Sequence record: SRR22947725_4722 | DNA: 36,771 bases | Direction: 5' to 3' (one strand) | The notes under the pieces: model-generated | The model's database searches: none | What the model was told of the DNA's origin: nothing | Seen by the model: the letters and a program-made list of their open reading frames with translations, nothing else | Position numbers and translations under genes: made by a program | In this document: positions 10,792 through 21,881 of the stretch, piece after piece | How the letters are laid out: the number at the start of each line of letters is the position of its first letter | Numbering within the stretch: position 1 is the stretch's first letter

Positions 10792-11742
10792 TTGAAAACA
10801 CTGTGGAACATGCTCCCCGGAACCGTTGATGTGCGCGTGAAGGTTTTCGCTTGGGCATCACTGGTCAGCCAAATACTCATTATCGGCACCGGCGGTGCGG
10901 TGCGGCTGACCGGTTCGGGGTTGGGTTGTCCAACCTGGCCGCGGTGCACCGAAGACTCTTTTGTTACCACCCCGGAGATGGGCTTTCACGGCATCATTGA
11001 GTTTGGAAACCGGCTGCTGACTTTCATCTTGGCCATCATCGCCGTTGTTCTGTTTGTCCTGGTATTGCGGCTGCGGAAAGAGCGTCCCGAGTTGTTTCGG
11101 CTCTCCATCGTGTTGGGTCTGGGAATCCCAGGTCAGGCCGTGATTGGGGGCATTACGGTTCTCACGAACCTTAACCCCTGGATTGTCGGTCTGCACTATG
11201 TCTTATCGCTCGTTTTGGTCGCACTCGCTGCCGTATTGCTCTATCGGGTAAGGACAGGCCGCAAGGTTGGGAGTTGGGCGGTCAGCTCCCCCGTTCGCGC
11301 GCTGGGGCTTGGACTCGTAAGTACTCTCGGTGTTTCTCTGGCGGTCGGGGTCATCACCACCGGTTCAGGACCGCATTCTGGTGACGGCGGTAGCGCCAGA
11401 AACGGCCTTGATTCGTGGCTTCTTCAACACTTTCATGCCTGGCCCTCCTATGTCGTCCTTGGTCTGCTGGTCACCCTTGCCGTGGTTTCCCGCCTCCCCG
11501 GGGTGGCACCTGCCCGCTACCAACGGGCCATCACCGGCGCGTTAGGTGTGGCTCTTGTGCAGGTGGGGATCGGTCTCTACCAGGCCAACAATGGCCTCCC
11601 GGAGCTCGCGGTAGGTATCCACATGGTGCTCGCAGCAGTGCTGCTAGCACTGGTCACTACGTCCCTGCTGTCGCAGCGCGGTGTCACCAGGGAAGAAGCG
11701 GATCAATCCCGACCGAGACAAACAGCAACGTCAAGTACGTAA
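10792..11742 (+). CDS. ctaA: Heme A synthase (COX15/CtaA family)
   Basis: GGAVRLTGSGLGCPTWPRC, IEFGNR, VGLHY, QHFH and GIHM; about 8 TM segments. Start placed at TTG 10792, which has GAGGA 7 nt upstream. Confidence 0.92.
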   Translation: MKTLWNMLPGTVDVRVKVFAWASLVSQILIIGTGGAVRLTGSGLGCPTWPRCTEDSFVTTPEMGFHGIIEFGNRLLTFILAIIAVVLFVLVLRLRKERPELFRLSIVLGLGIPGQAVIGGITVLTNLNPWIVGLHYVLSLVLVALAAVLLYRVRTGRKVGSWAVSSPVRALGLGLVSTLGVSLAVGVITTGSGPHSGDGGSARNGLDSWLLQHFHAWPSYVVLGLLVTLAVVSRLPGVAPARYQRAITGALGVALVQVGIGLYQANNGLPELAVGIHMVLAAVLLALVTTSLLSQRGVTREEADQSRPRQTATSST

Positions 11743-12589
11743 TACTCGCTCCAAACACCCGCATGGGCTGGGTTTCCACACCGGCAAGGGCCCGCGCATA
11801 CAGGCGGTGGGATTCGAGAATGAACCAGCCTCCTGTGCTGAGGGCAACAGCGGAGTAAAGAATTCCCATCGGAGCGAGGGGAATGAGCAGTAGCGAGGAA
11901 ACCACGGTGGCCCAGGCGTAGAGAATGACCTGGAGACCGACAACAGGGGCTTCCCGCACGACGGCCAACATAGGAACCTGGGCGTTGGCATAGTCATCCC
12001 TGTATTTCATAGACAGTGGCCAGTAGTGCGGCGGGGTCCAGAGGAATACCACCAGGAATAAAATCCACGCCTCAACACTCAAGCTTCCCGTGACGGCTGC
12101 CCAGCCAATCAAAACCGGAAAGCACCCCGCAATACCGCCCCAAATAATGTTCTGTTCGCTCCGACGCTTCAACCACATCGTGTAGATGAAAACATAAAAG
12201 GCGATGGCTGCCGCTGAGAGCACCGCCGCCAAAGGTGAGGTCAACCACCATAGAAGCCCGATCGAGGAAGCGGCGAGAACGCTGGCGAAAACTAATGCTG
12301 CGCGGGGCGAAATGTCCCCGGTCACCAGTGGGCGAGCCTGGGTTCTTCCCATCACGGTGTCGATGTCGCGGTCAATCACCATGTTGTAAGCATTGGCGCT
12401 TCCAGCGCTGAGGGTACCCCCTGCAACAGTGGCCAGCACCAGCCAGAAGTTCGGTAACCCACCCTCGGCCAACACCATTACCGGCACGGTTGTGACGAGG
12501 AGAAGCTCGATCACCCTCGGTTTAGTGAGCGCGATATAGCCGCGAAGAGTCCCCGCGCGAGGGGATGAGAGTGTGGAAGTGGGCGACAT
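11684..12589 (-). CDS. ctaB: Protoheme IX farnesyltransferase (heme O synthase)
   Basis: YIALTKPRVIELLL, NMVIDRDIDTVMGRTQARPL, WTPPHYWPL, DDYANAQVPML. Start moved to ATG 12589 (AAGGAA upstream); 301 aa. Confidence 0.95.
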   Translation of the reverse strand: MSPTSTLSSPRAGTLRGYIALTKPRVIELLLVTTVPVMVLAEGGLPNFWLVLATVAGGTLSAGSANAYNMVIDRDIDTVMGRTQARPLVTGDISPRAALVFASVLAASSIGLLWWLTSPLAAVLSAAAIAFYVFIYTMWLKRRSEQNIIWGGIAGCFPVLIGWAAVTGSLSVEAWILFLVVFLWTPPHYWPLSMKYRDDYANAQVPMLAVVREAPVVGLQVILYAWATVVSSLLLIPLAPMGILYSAVALSTGGWFILESHRLYARALAGVETQPMRVFGASITYLTLLFVSVGIDPLLPW

Positions 12590-12612
12590 GGGTTCCTTTA
12601 CAGCCACCCAGC

Positions 12613-12683
12613 AGTCTAGAAGAGGGGAAGTAGTGGGAGCTGAGAGTGTTGGCGAGCTCCAGCTGGCGCCCTCTCGGTACAAT
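12613..12683. promoter_or_regulatory. Divergent -10 boxes: TAGACT (minus, 12613-12618, ctaB) and TACAAT (plus, 12678-12683, tkt operon)
   Basis: TANNNT hexamers in the ctaB-tkt intergenic region. Confidence 0.55.
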
Positions 12684-12754
12684 GCGGATGCTGCTACCTG
12701 CAACTCGGACGTGCGCGTCCAAGACACCGGCTTAGGAAAAGGTTCTTCATCACT

Positions 12755-14854
12755 ATGGGTTCAGTCTTCAACGACCACGACAAAAGAGCTGTCGATATCG
12801 CGAAGGCCCTCTCGGCTGATGCCGTTGAGAAAGTCGGCAACGGTCACCCGGGGACAGCCATCAGTCTTGCCCCTCTGGCCTATCTGCTCTATCAGAAGGT
12901 GATGTCGTTAGACCCCGCGGATCCGACATGGCTGGGGCGCGACCGATTCATTTTGTCCGTGGGTCACTCCTCCTTGACCCAGTACGTTCAGCTGTTCCTT
13001 GGCGGGTTAGGACTCGAACTCGAAGACCTTAAAGCGCTGCGCACCTGGGATTCTTTGACACCGGGCCACCCGGAATATGGCCACACAGACCACGTAGAGA
13101 TTACGACGGGACCTCTGGGTCAGGGCGTCGCTTCAGCGACTGGTTTCGCGTATGCGCAGCGATTCGAACGTGGTCTCTTCGACCCCGATGCCCCGCAGGG
13201 TGAATCTCCCTTCGACCACTTCACCTATGTCATCGCCGGCGATGGAGATCTGCAGGAGGGCGTGTCCGCTGAGGCAGCATCTCTGGCGGGACATCAGGAA
13301 CTCGGCAACCTCATTGTCTTTTATGACGCCAACCAGATTTCGATTGAAGACGATGTGGACATCGCGTTTTCCGAGGATGTCTCCGCCCGCTACGAGGCGT
13401 ATGGCTGGGACGTTCATACCGTGGACTTTGGCTCAGGAGACAACTACTCCGAAGACACGGATGCCCTGATGGAAGCCATTGAACTATCCAAAAAGGAAAC
13501 CGGTAGGCCGTCTCTGATAACGCTCAAGACCATTATTGGTTGGCCCTCTCCCACCAAACAGAACACGGGGGGAATTCACGGGTCTGCGCTCGGTGCGGAT
13601 GAGGTCGCCGGGCTCAAGAAGACACTCGGCCTCCGCGAGGACGAGTCGTTCGTTGTGCCAGCAGAAGTTCTGGAGCACACCCGAGCCCTTCGGGAGCGCT
13701 CAGCCCTCGCCCGAAAACGCTGGGATGTTCGCTTCGACACGTGGGCCGCGGCGAACCCCGAGCGCAAAGCGCTGTTGGAGCGACTTCTCGCTGGCGAGAT
13801 GCCAGATCTCGAGCAGCAGCTGCCCGTTTTCGAGTCTGGATCATCGATTGCCACCAGGCAGGCGTCAGGAACCGTCCTCAACGCTCTCGCTGCCGTCTTA
13901 CCCGAACTGTGGGGAGGCTCCGCCGACCTGGCGGGCTCAAACCTCACCACTATTAAAGGGGCGAAGTCTTTCGCCCCGACCCACCACTCCACCTCTGAAT
14001 GGAGCGCCGACCCCTATGGGCGGGTGCTGCACTTTGGCATCCGCGAGCATGCAATGGGAGCCATCGTCAACGGCATCGTTCTCCACGGTCCCACCCGTGC
14101 TTTTGCTGGCACGTTCCTCATTTTTAGCGAATACATGAGGCCCGCCGTTCGCCTGGCCGCACTCATGAAGGTGCCGGCGCTCTATGTGTGGACTCACGAC
14201 TCCATCGGAGTCGGTGAGGACGGTCCCACTCACCAGCCCGTCGAGCAGCTCGCAAGTTTGCGCGCGATCCCAGGCCTCGACGTTGTGCGCCCTGGCGATG
14301 CCAACGAGACAGCCTGGGCGTGGAAAACCATTCTGGAAAAACGCGATGGGCCCGCGGGGCTCGCGCTCACTCGTCAGGGTCTACCCACGCCTGCCAGGGG
14401 TGTTGGCGAAGCTACCGCAGAGACTCTCGCGCACCCGAGATTTACCGCCCGCGGCGGGTATGTCCTGCAGGATGCTTCGAGCAGTACGGAGGTTATTCTG
14501 ATCGCCACGGGCTCAGAAGTGTCCCTGGCGCTTGAGGCGCGTTCGACCCTCGAAGCAGCCGGGCACCCAACGCGCGTCGTGTCGATGCCGTGCGTGGAAT
14601 GGTTTGACCAGCAGGATGGCGCCTATCGCGAATCCGTGTTGCCGCCGAGTGTGAAAGCCCGTGTCAGTGTAGAAGCCGGTATTGCGCAGAGTTGGTATCG
14701 CTTCCTCGGTGATCACGGACGCGCAGTGTCACTCGAGCACTTCGGGGCCTCAGCGGACGCTGCCACCCTGTTTCGCAAATTTGGTCTGACGGCCGAAGCA
14801 GTGGTCGAGGCAGCGAAGTCCAGCCTCGATTCGATCCGAAAGGCATCATCATGA
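12755..14854 (+). CDS. tkt: Transketolase
   Basis: GNGHPG, RDRFILSVGH, TTGPLGQG, GDGDLQEG, HFGIREHAM, THDSIGVGEDGPTHQP. Confidence 0.98.
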   Translation: MGSVFNDHDKRAVDIAKALSADAVEKVGNGHPGTAISLAPLAYLLYQKVMSLDPADPTWLGRDRFILSVGHSSLTQYVQLFLGGLGLELEDLKALRTWDSLTPGHPEYGHTDHVEITTGPLGQGVASATGFAYAQRFERGLFDPDAPQGESPFDHFTYVIAGDGDLQEGVSAEAASLAGHQELGNLIVFYDANQISIEDDVDIAFSEDVSARYEAYGWDVHTVDFGSGDNYSEDTDALMEAIELSKKETGRPSLITLKTIIGWPSPTKQNTGGIHGSALGADEVAGLKKTLGLREDESFVVPAEVLEHTRALRERSALARKRWDVRFDTWAAANPERKALLERLLAGEMPDLEQQLPVFESGSSIATRQASGTVLNALAAVLPELWGGSADLAGSNLTTIKGAKSFAPTHHSTSEWSADPYGRVLHFGIREHAMGAIVNGIVLHGPTRAFAGTFLIFSEYMRPAVRLAALMKVPALYVWTHDSIGVGEDGPTHQPVEQLASLRAIPGLDVVRPGDANETAWAWKTILEKRDGPAGLALTRQGLPTPARGVGEATAETLAHPRFTARGGYVLQDASSSTEVILIATGSEVSLALEARSTLEAAGHPTRVVSMPCVEWFDQQDGAYRESVLPPSVKARVSVEAGIAQSWYRFLGDHGRAVSLEHFGASADAATLFRKFGLTAEAVVEAAKSSLDSIRKASS

Positions 14855-15954
14855 CTACCTCCACCCAACAGCTAGCGGACATCGGCGTCAGTATTTGGCT
14901 CGATGACCTCTCCAAAGACCGGTTGACCTCTGGCTCCCTTCAGGGCTTGATGGACAACCACACGGTGGTCGGTGTCACCAGCAACCCCACTATTTTTGCC
15001 GGGTCGCTTGCGGGAAGTGATTCTTACCGCGAAGACATTCGGGCCATGGCCCTAGACGGTCTGTCGGCCGAAGAAGCAGCCTTTGCGATTATGGTGGCCG
15101 ATGTTCAAGGTGCTTGTGATGTGTTGCGCGCGAGGTATGACACCACTGGCGGCATCGATGGACGCGTGTCGTTGGAAGTCTCGCCCACTCTTGCTCACGA
15201 CACCGATGCCACCGTGGCTCAAGCCATCGAATTGTCGAAGAAGGTTGATCGACCGAACCTGATGGTCAAGATTCCCGCAACCCTGGCAGGGATTCCTGCA
15301 ATCACCCAGGTGTTGGGGCAGGGAATTTCGGTAAATGTGACCCTTATTTTCAGTCTGGACCGGTACCGGGCGGTCATTGATGCCTACCTCAAAGGCATTG
15401 CCGCGGCGGTAGATAACGGCCACGACATTTCCACCATCCACTCGGTTGCCTCGTTCTTCGTCTCCCGCGTTGACGCCGCCATCGACCCTCAGCTGGAGGG
15501 AATCGGCACCCCCGAGGCTCTGAGCCTTAAATCCCAGGCTGCCATCGCCAACGCCAGGCTGGCCTACGAAGTTTTCGAGCATCTCCACGGAAGCCCTGAG
15601 GCTCTGCGCCTTGTTGCCGCGGGAATGAACCCCCAGAGGCCACTCTGGGCCTCCACCGGGGTGAAGGACCCCACCTTGCCAGAGGCGCTGTATGTGACCG
15701 AGCTCGCGGCGGCCCACACCGTCAACACGATGCCGGAAAAAACACTGCTGGCCACGGCCCGCGATGGTGGAGTGAATGGTGATCGTGTTCACGGATATTT
15801 CAATGGCGCGCGGGCAACGATGGCTGCTCTGGCTGAGCTCGGAATCTCGATGGACGGAGTGACCGATGAACTCGAGCGCGACGGGGTAGCGAAATTCATC
15901 GCTTCCTGGCACGAGCTACTCGACACCGTGACCAAGGCCATGCAGGGCTCCTAG
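14851..15954 (+). CDS. tal: Transaldolase (long actinobacterial type)
   Basis: SIWLDDLS, GVTSNPTIF, MVKIPAT (Schiff-base Lys), ASFFVSRVD, RPLWASTGVK. Confidence 0.97.
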   Translation: MTTSTQQLADIGVSIWLDDLSKDRLTSGSLQGLMDNHTVVGVTSNPTIFAGSLAGSDSYREDIRAMALDGLSAEEAAFAIMVADVQGACDVLRARYDTTGGIDGRVSLEVSPTLAHDTDATVAQAIELSKKVDRPNLMVKIPATLAGIPAITQVLGQGISVNVTLIFSLDRYRAVIDAYLKGIAAAVDNGHDISTIHSVASFFVSRVDAAIDPQLEGIGTPEALSLKSQAAIANARLAYEVFEHLHGSPEALRLVAAGMNPQRPLWASTGVKDPTLPEALYVTELAAAHTVNTMPEKTLLATARDGGVNGDRVHGYFNGARATMAALAELGISMDGVTDELERDGVAKFIASWHELLDTVTKAMQGS

Positions 15955-15956
15955 CA

Positions 15957-17504
15957 ATGAAGATTGGCCTGAGTTCTCAGCTCGATGCAGTAGCACAACG
16001 CTGGATTGAGGGTGCGGTCACCGATCACTTTGCCTCCCGCCTCTTTGAAAAAGACGCGCGCCTGTGGGGCAAGGCCGCTGAGGCCGAGGCCACCCACCGT
16101 TTGGGTTGGGTGGACAACCCGTCGCGATGGCTTCCTCTGGTTGAGGAATTAGAGACATTCCGGGCGGAGCTTGCCCAACAAGGCGTCAGCTCGGTCATCC
16201 TGTGTGGAATGGGGGGGTCATCGCTTGCCCCAGAGGTCATGGCCAAACAGGCGGGTGTGGACCTGCAGATCGTCGATTCGACCCATCCCGATCAACTCTC
16301 GCCTGTGGTGGGCGGGGATCTCTCCCACACCGTGGTGGTGGTGTCATCCAAGTCCGGTGGCACATTGGAAACAGACTCACAGCGTCGCCTCTTCGAATCC
16401 GCTTTAACATCCCAAGGGCTCAACCCCGCAGAACGCATAGTGATTGTCACCGACCCGGACTCCCCTCTGCACCAGGAGGCGGTGAGTGCCGGGTATCGGG
16501 TCTTTACCGGGGATGCGAGCATTGGCGGTCGATTCTCCGCCCTCAGCCCTTTTGGTCTTGTTCCGGCGTGCCTGGCCGGCATTGATGTGCGAAGAATTCT
16601 CGCTGATGCTACTGATGCCTGGGAAGCTTGCCGCCTCGATCGTTCCGACAACCCCGGCGTCGTCCTTGGCGCTGCGCTCGCAGCCGGCTACCCCGAACAC
16701 AACAAGCTTCTCCTTAAGCCGCATAACGGATTGCCCGGGTTGGGCGACTGGATCGAGCAATTAGTGGCCGAGTCCACCGGCAAAGAAGGCCAGGGCCTCT
16801 TGCCGGTGGTGGACTCAAGTCTGTCGGACATTAGTGATGCCATCACGGTGGGCGATGGCCAGAACCTTTCAGAGGTGGCCCTGGAGGCAACGCTCGGAGA
16901 ACATTTTCTGATCTGGGAGGTGGCAACCGCTCTTGCCTGCCAGATGTTGGGCGTCAACCCCTTCGATCAGCCCAACGTCGAGAGCGCCAAAGCTGCGGCG
17001 AAAGGACTCCTAGAATCCTCCACACAGGGCCTGCGAGTGGAAACGGTGCTGGAGGGTGTGTCGCTGTGGTCACCTGGTGGCATTCCCCCGGAGGTTGCGA
17101 CGGTTCACGGTCTGATGTCGTGGTGGCGCTCTCTCCTCCAGGAGCGCTCCTACGGGGCGTTCTGCGTATTCGGTGACCACGGACTCATCGGGCCCTGGAA
17201 CGACGCCCGACGGAGCGTGGAAAGCGCCACAGGTCGACCTATCACTGTGGGCTTTGGCCCTCGGTTCCTCCATTCCACCGGCCAGCTCCACAAAGGTGGA
17301 CCGGGCGAGGGTGTCTTTCTCCAGGTGATTCAAACCCCGGATTCTTCTTTGAGTATCCCGGGAAGAGAGTTTGACCTTGGCACCCTGCTCTTGGCGCAAG
17401 CCCACGGAGATGCTCAGGTGCTCGCAGACGCCGGTTTAGCGGTGCTGAGCATCACAGCGACGAGCCAACAGCTCCCTCAGCTGTGGGAGGCCCTGAAGGG
17501 CTAG
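15957..17504 (+). CDS. pgi: Glucose-6-phosphate isomerase (type resembling the Pgi half of Tal-Pgi fusions)
   Basis: GMGGSSL, SSKSGGTLET, GGRFSALS, EQLVAESTGKEG, NPFDQPNVESAK, HSTGQLHKGG. Confidence 0.92.
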   Translation: MKIGLSSQLDAVAQRWIEGAVTDHFASRLFEKDARLWGKAAEAEATHRLGWVDNPSRWLPLVEELETFRAELAQQGVSSVILCGMGGSSLAPEVMAKQAGVDLQIVDSTHPDQLSPVVGGDLSHTVVVVSSKSGGTLETDSQRRLFESALTSQGLNPAERIVIVTDPDSPLHQEAVSAGYRVFTGDASIGGRFSALSPFGLVPACLAGIDVRRILADATDAWEACRLDRSDNPGVVLGAALAAGYPEHNKLLLKPHNGLPGLGDWIEQLVAESTGKEGQGLLPVVDSSLSDISDAITVGDGQNLSEVALEATLGEHFLIWEVATALACQMLGVNPFDQPNVESAKAAAKGLLESSTQGLRVETVLEGVSLWSPGGIPPEVATVHGLMSWWRSLLQERSYGAFCVFGDHGLIGPWNDARRSVESATGRPITVGFGPRFLHSTGQLHKGGPGEGVFLQVIQTPDSSLSIPGREFDLGTLLLAQAHGDAQVLADAGLAVLSITATSQQLPQLWEALKG

Positions 17505-17857
17505 CGACGACCCTTTTTGACGCGCAGGTTTTCGAGCGCGTCATCGAGAATCTGCTTCGCTTCTTTTTCTGTCCTGCGTTCTTTCACATACGCCAAGTGC
17601 GTCTTGTAGGGCTCGTTGGAAGCAAGAACGGGAGGATTTGCCTTATCGCGACCGGCGGGAAGCCCGGTGGTGGGGGAATCGATCAGTTCGGGAATGTCTT
17701 CCGGGGCGACTTCTGCTGAAAAGTGGCGCACGGTTTCGTTTCCCATGGCGTCCCAATACGACACGGTGATGCGGGCCGCCTGGATTCCGCGGTCCTGCTC
17801 CCCCATAGGGCCAGAACCGACACGGGTTCCCCTGATTGCACTTCCGCCTGATGCCAC
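17501..17857 (-). CDS. rbpA: RNA polymerase-binding protein RbpA family
   Basis: AIRGTRVGSGPMGE...KTHLAYVKERRT...ILDDAL; AGGAG SD before GTG; conserved position after secG. Confidence 0.85.
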   Translation of the reverse strand: MASGGSAIRGTRVGSGPMGEQDRGIQAARITVSYWDAMGNETVRHFSAEVAPEDIPELIDSPTTGLPAGRDKANPPVLASNEPYKTHLAYVKERRTEKEAKQILDDALENLRVKKGRR

Positions 17858-17866
17858 CTGTTACTC

Positions 17867-18112
17867 CTAAACGTCGAACCGGGTAAAGAGACCGAGAGTC
17901 ACGATGCTCGAGACCCAAATGAGGGCCACGATCACGGTGATGCGGTTAAGATTTCGTTCGGCAACACCCGAAGAGCCCAGGTTCGAGGTTACGCCCCCGC
18001 CAAACATGTCGGAGAGACCGCCCCCGCGTCCACGGTGCAGCAGGATCATCAGCGTCAACACGATGCTGGTCAAGCCAAGCACCACTTGCAACACCACGCG
18101 CAGAATTTCCAC
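17867..18112 (-). CDS. secG: Preprotein translocase subunit SecG
   Basis: ILLHRGRGGGLSDMFGGG...VAERNLNRIT with two TMs. Start moved to GTG 18112 (AGGAGG SD); -10 TATGAT at 18136-18141. Confidence 0.95.
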   Translation of the reverse strand: MEILRVVLQVVLGLTSIVLTLMILLHRGRGGGLSDMFGGGVTSNLGSSGVAERNLNRITVIVALIWVSSIVTLGLFTRFDV

Positions 18113-18156
18113 TGATACCTCCTGGGTAAACACCCATCATAAACGCTTGGGCGAAA

Positions 18157-18951
18157 TTACGAGTCTAGCGTGACGTGTTTGGGGAACTGAATGATGGAGC
18201 TGAATTCAGCGACATCCAGGCTGGCCCCTCCCACGAGCGCCCCATCAACATCGGGGCGTTTCATGAACGAAGCGATATTCGCTACTTTGACTGAACCTCC
18301 GTAGAGAATTCTAGCTGCCTCGGCTCGTTCGGAACCATGGACCGCGGCGATCGTGGCACGGAGCGCAGCTGCGACGTCATTGGCCTGGTCAGGTGTGGCC
18401 GCCTGGCCAGACCCGATAGCCCAGACAGGTTCGTAGGCGATCACGTACTCGTCCTGTGCATCGAGCACTTCTAAGACGGCCCGAAGCTGGTCCACAGGTA
18501 TCTTTGCGGCCCCGTGGGTCTCGAGGTCTTCCGCTGTCTCTCCCACACAGATGATGGGAACCACGGAGTTTCGGATGGCCGCTTGAGCTTTAGCGGCCAC
18601 GATGGCGTCGTTCTCGCTGTGGTCCGCCCGGCGCTCGGAGTGACCCACAATCACATAGCTGCATTCCAAGGCCTTGAGGAACACCCCGGAAATGTCTCCG
18701 GTGTGGGCGCCATCATCGAACATCGAGAGGTCCTGGGCACCGAAGGTAAAGGGCAGCGAATCCGCGTTGATGAGGGTTTGGACCGAACGCAAGTCGGTGA
18801 AGGGTGGAAACAGCGCCACCTCGACATCGGATTCGACATACTTAGCGTCTTTTAGTGCCCACCCGAGTTTTTGAACGAAGGCGATGGACTGTAGGTGGTC
18901 CAAGTTCATTTTCCAGTTACCCGCTATCAACGGCCGTCTCATCGCACCCAT
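18157..18951 (-). CDS. tpiA: Triosephosphate isomerase
   Basis: IAGNWKMN, VGHSERR, AYEPVWAIGSG, ILYGGSV, DGALVGGASL. Alternative start at ATG 18942. Confidence 0.97.
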   Translation of the reverse strand: MGAMRRPLIAGNWKMNLDHLQSIAFVQKLGWALKDAKYVESDVEVALFPPFTDLRSVQTLINADSLPFTFGAQDLSMFDDGAHTGDISGVFLKALECSYVIVGHSERRADHSENDAIVAAKAQAAIRNSVVPIICVGETAEDLETHGAAKIPVDQLRAVLEVLDAQDEYVIAYEPVWAIGSGQAATPDQANDVAAALRATIAAVHGSERAEAARILYGGSVKVANIASFMKRPDVDGALVGGASLDVAEFSSIIQFPKHVTLDS

Positions 18952-20153
18952 CCCAATATCTCCAATCCCGGTAATACGGACCCTTCCAAAAACTCGAGAC
19001 TCGCTCCGCCTCCGGTGGAGATGTGTCCGAAGGCAGCATCGTCAAAGCCCAACGAACGCACTGCGGCGGCAGAGTCTCCCCCGCCCACAACAGACAAGCC
19101 ATCGACTTTCGTGAGAGCGGAAGCTAAGACCCTCGTGCCGCCAGAAAATGCCTCGTACTCGAAGACCCCCATGGGGCCGTTCCAAAACACTGTTTTCGAG
19201 CCGGACACGACATCTGCGAAAGCTTGTGCGGTCTGTGGACCAATGTCGAGTCCCATTGCCCCAGAACCGGCAGCGCCAGATTCCAAACCTGCCACATCCA
19301 AGACTTCATGGGAGGCTGTTGGGGAAAAGCCTTCAGTCATCACGACGTCCGTCGGGAGATGAATGGTCACGTTGTGCTCCGACGCCTGAGCGAGGAAGCG
19401 CTTCGAGGTTTCCACCATGTCATCTTCCAAGAGACTCGCGCCCACCGCGTAACCCTGTGCCTTCAGGATGGTGAACACCATTCCCCCGCCGATCACAATG
19501 TGGTCGACAGAAGGCAGAAGCGCCTCAATGACGCCTAGCTTGTCGGACACCTTAGAACCGCCCAGAACGACCGTGTAGGGCCGTTCTGGCGCACTGGTGA
19601 GAGTCGTGAGGACCTCCACCTCCTTCGCCACAAGGAAACCGGCGTAGCTGGTGGTGAGGCTCGGCAGTTCGTACACGCTCGATTGCTTGCGGTGAACGAC
19701 TCCGAACCCATCAATGACGGTCGCGTCCACGTGGTCGGCCCATTCCATCGCCAACTCAAGTCGCTCTGCCGCGTCACGGGAGGTTTCCCTCGGGTCAAAA
19801 CGAAGATTTTCGACCATGCAGACCTGACCAGGGAGTAACGTGTCAACGCTCGACCACACCAGCTGTCCGCTGACGCCAGGAATAAGCGCTACCGGAGTGT
19901 CCAGCAGCTCGGCCAAGCGCTCAGCGACCGGAGCCAGACTCAGACCGGTGTTTTCTGGACCGCTAGGGCGTCCCAGATGGCTCGCCACGACGACAGCCGC
20001 GCCTTTGTTGAGTAACCATTCCAACGTCGGGAGGAAAGCTTTGATCCGACCGTCATCGGTAATGACTCCCCCATCAAGGGGAACATTGGCGTCGACGCGC
20101 AAGAAAACGACCTGACCGTCGAAGTCAGAGTCCTCGGTGAGGGTGCGCAGCAC
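18939..20153 (-). CDS. pgk: Phosphoglycerate kinase
   Basis: RVDANVPL, SHLGRP, ENLRF, LGGSKVSDK, WNGPMGVFE, HISTGGGASLEFLEG. Confidence 0.97.
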   Translation of the reverse strand: MLRTLTEDSDFDGQVVFLRVDANVPLDGGVITDDGRIKAFLPTLEWLLNKGAAVVVASHLGRPSGPENTGLSLAPVAERLAELLDTPVALIPGVSGQLVWSSVDTLLPGQVCMVENLRFDPRETSRDAAERLELAMEWADHVDATVIDGFGVVHRKQSSVYELPSLTTSYAGFLVAKEVEVLTTLTSAPERPYTVVLGGSKVSDKLGVIEALLPSVDHIVIGGGMVFTILKAQGYAVGASLLEDDMVETSKRFLAQASEHNVTIHLPTDVVMTEGFSPTASHEVLDVAGLESGAAGSGAMGLDIGPQTAQAFADVVSGSKTVFWNGPMGVFEYEAFSGGTRVLASALTKVDGLSVVGGGDSAAAVRSLGFDDAAFGHISTGGGASLEFLEGSVLPGLEILGWVR

Positions 20154-20156
20154 TTG

Positions 20157-21227
<1,071 letters not shown>

Positions 21228-21851
21228 CTAAGAGATTAGCAGTGATGCAGCAGCCGAGGCGCGGGCGGCTTCGAAGCGTTGGCCTACGTTTTCCCAGTTC
21301 ACAATGTTCCAAAAAGCCTTCACATAGTCGGCTTTGACGTTCACGTAGTCGAGATAGAAGGCGTGCTCCCACATATCGAGTTGAAGGAGGGGGATCGTGC
21401 CCTGCGCGGTGTTGCCCTGCTGGTCAAACAATTGCTGGATGATGAGCTGCGCTCCCACAGGGTCCCAAGACAAGACGCCCCAGCCGGATCCTTGGATACC
21501 CATGGAAGCCGCAGTGAAGTGGGCTTGGAAGGCGTCAAAGGAACCAAAGAACTCGCCAATGGCTGCGGCAACTTCACCCTCGGGTGATCCCCCGCCATCG
21601 GGGTGCAGGTTGGTCCAGAAAATGCTGTGGTTGACGTGACCACCAAGGTGGAATGCGAGATCTTTCTCGAGGCGGTTAACGTTGGCAAATACGCCGGTCT
21701 CGCGGGCTTCGGCCAGCCCCTTGAGGGCGTTGTTGGCTCCATCGACATAGGCCTGATGGTGCTTCGAGTGGTGCAATTCCATGATGCGAGCTGAGATGTG
21801 GGGCTCAAGGGCCTGGTAGTCGTAGCTGAGTTCAGGTAGTGAATATGTCAT
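21228..21851 (-). CDS. sodA: Superoxide dismutase, Mn/Fe family (probably Mn or cambialistic)
   Basis: HHSKHH, GGHVNH, GSGW, DQQGN, DMWEHAFY; AGGAGG SD; -10 TACACT at 21877-21882. Confidence 0.96.
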   Translation of the reverse strand: MTYSLPELSYDYQALEPHISARIMELHHSKHHQAYVDGANNALKGLAEARETGVFANVNRLEKDLAFHLGGHVNHSIFWTNLHPDGGGSPEGEVAAAIGEFFGSFDAFQAHFTAASMGIQGSGWGVLSWDPVGAQLIIQQLFDQQGNTAQGTIPLLQLDMWEHAFYLDYVNVKADYVKAFWNIVNWENVGQRFEAARASAAASLLIS

Positions 21852-21881
21852 CCGTGGACCTCCTGTTGTTGTGTGCAGTGT

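Noticed and set aside
10787-10793. T7 homopolymer at the ctaA start as a phase-variation tract
   Set aside because: It is short, falls in the SD-start spacer of a housekeeping gene, and the reading frame is intact.
15952-15959. Possible Tal-Pgi fusion by stop read-through
   Set aside because: TAG-CA-ATG places pgi out of frame with tal, and no slippery site is evident.
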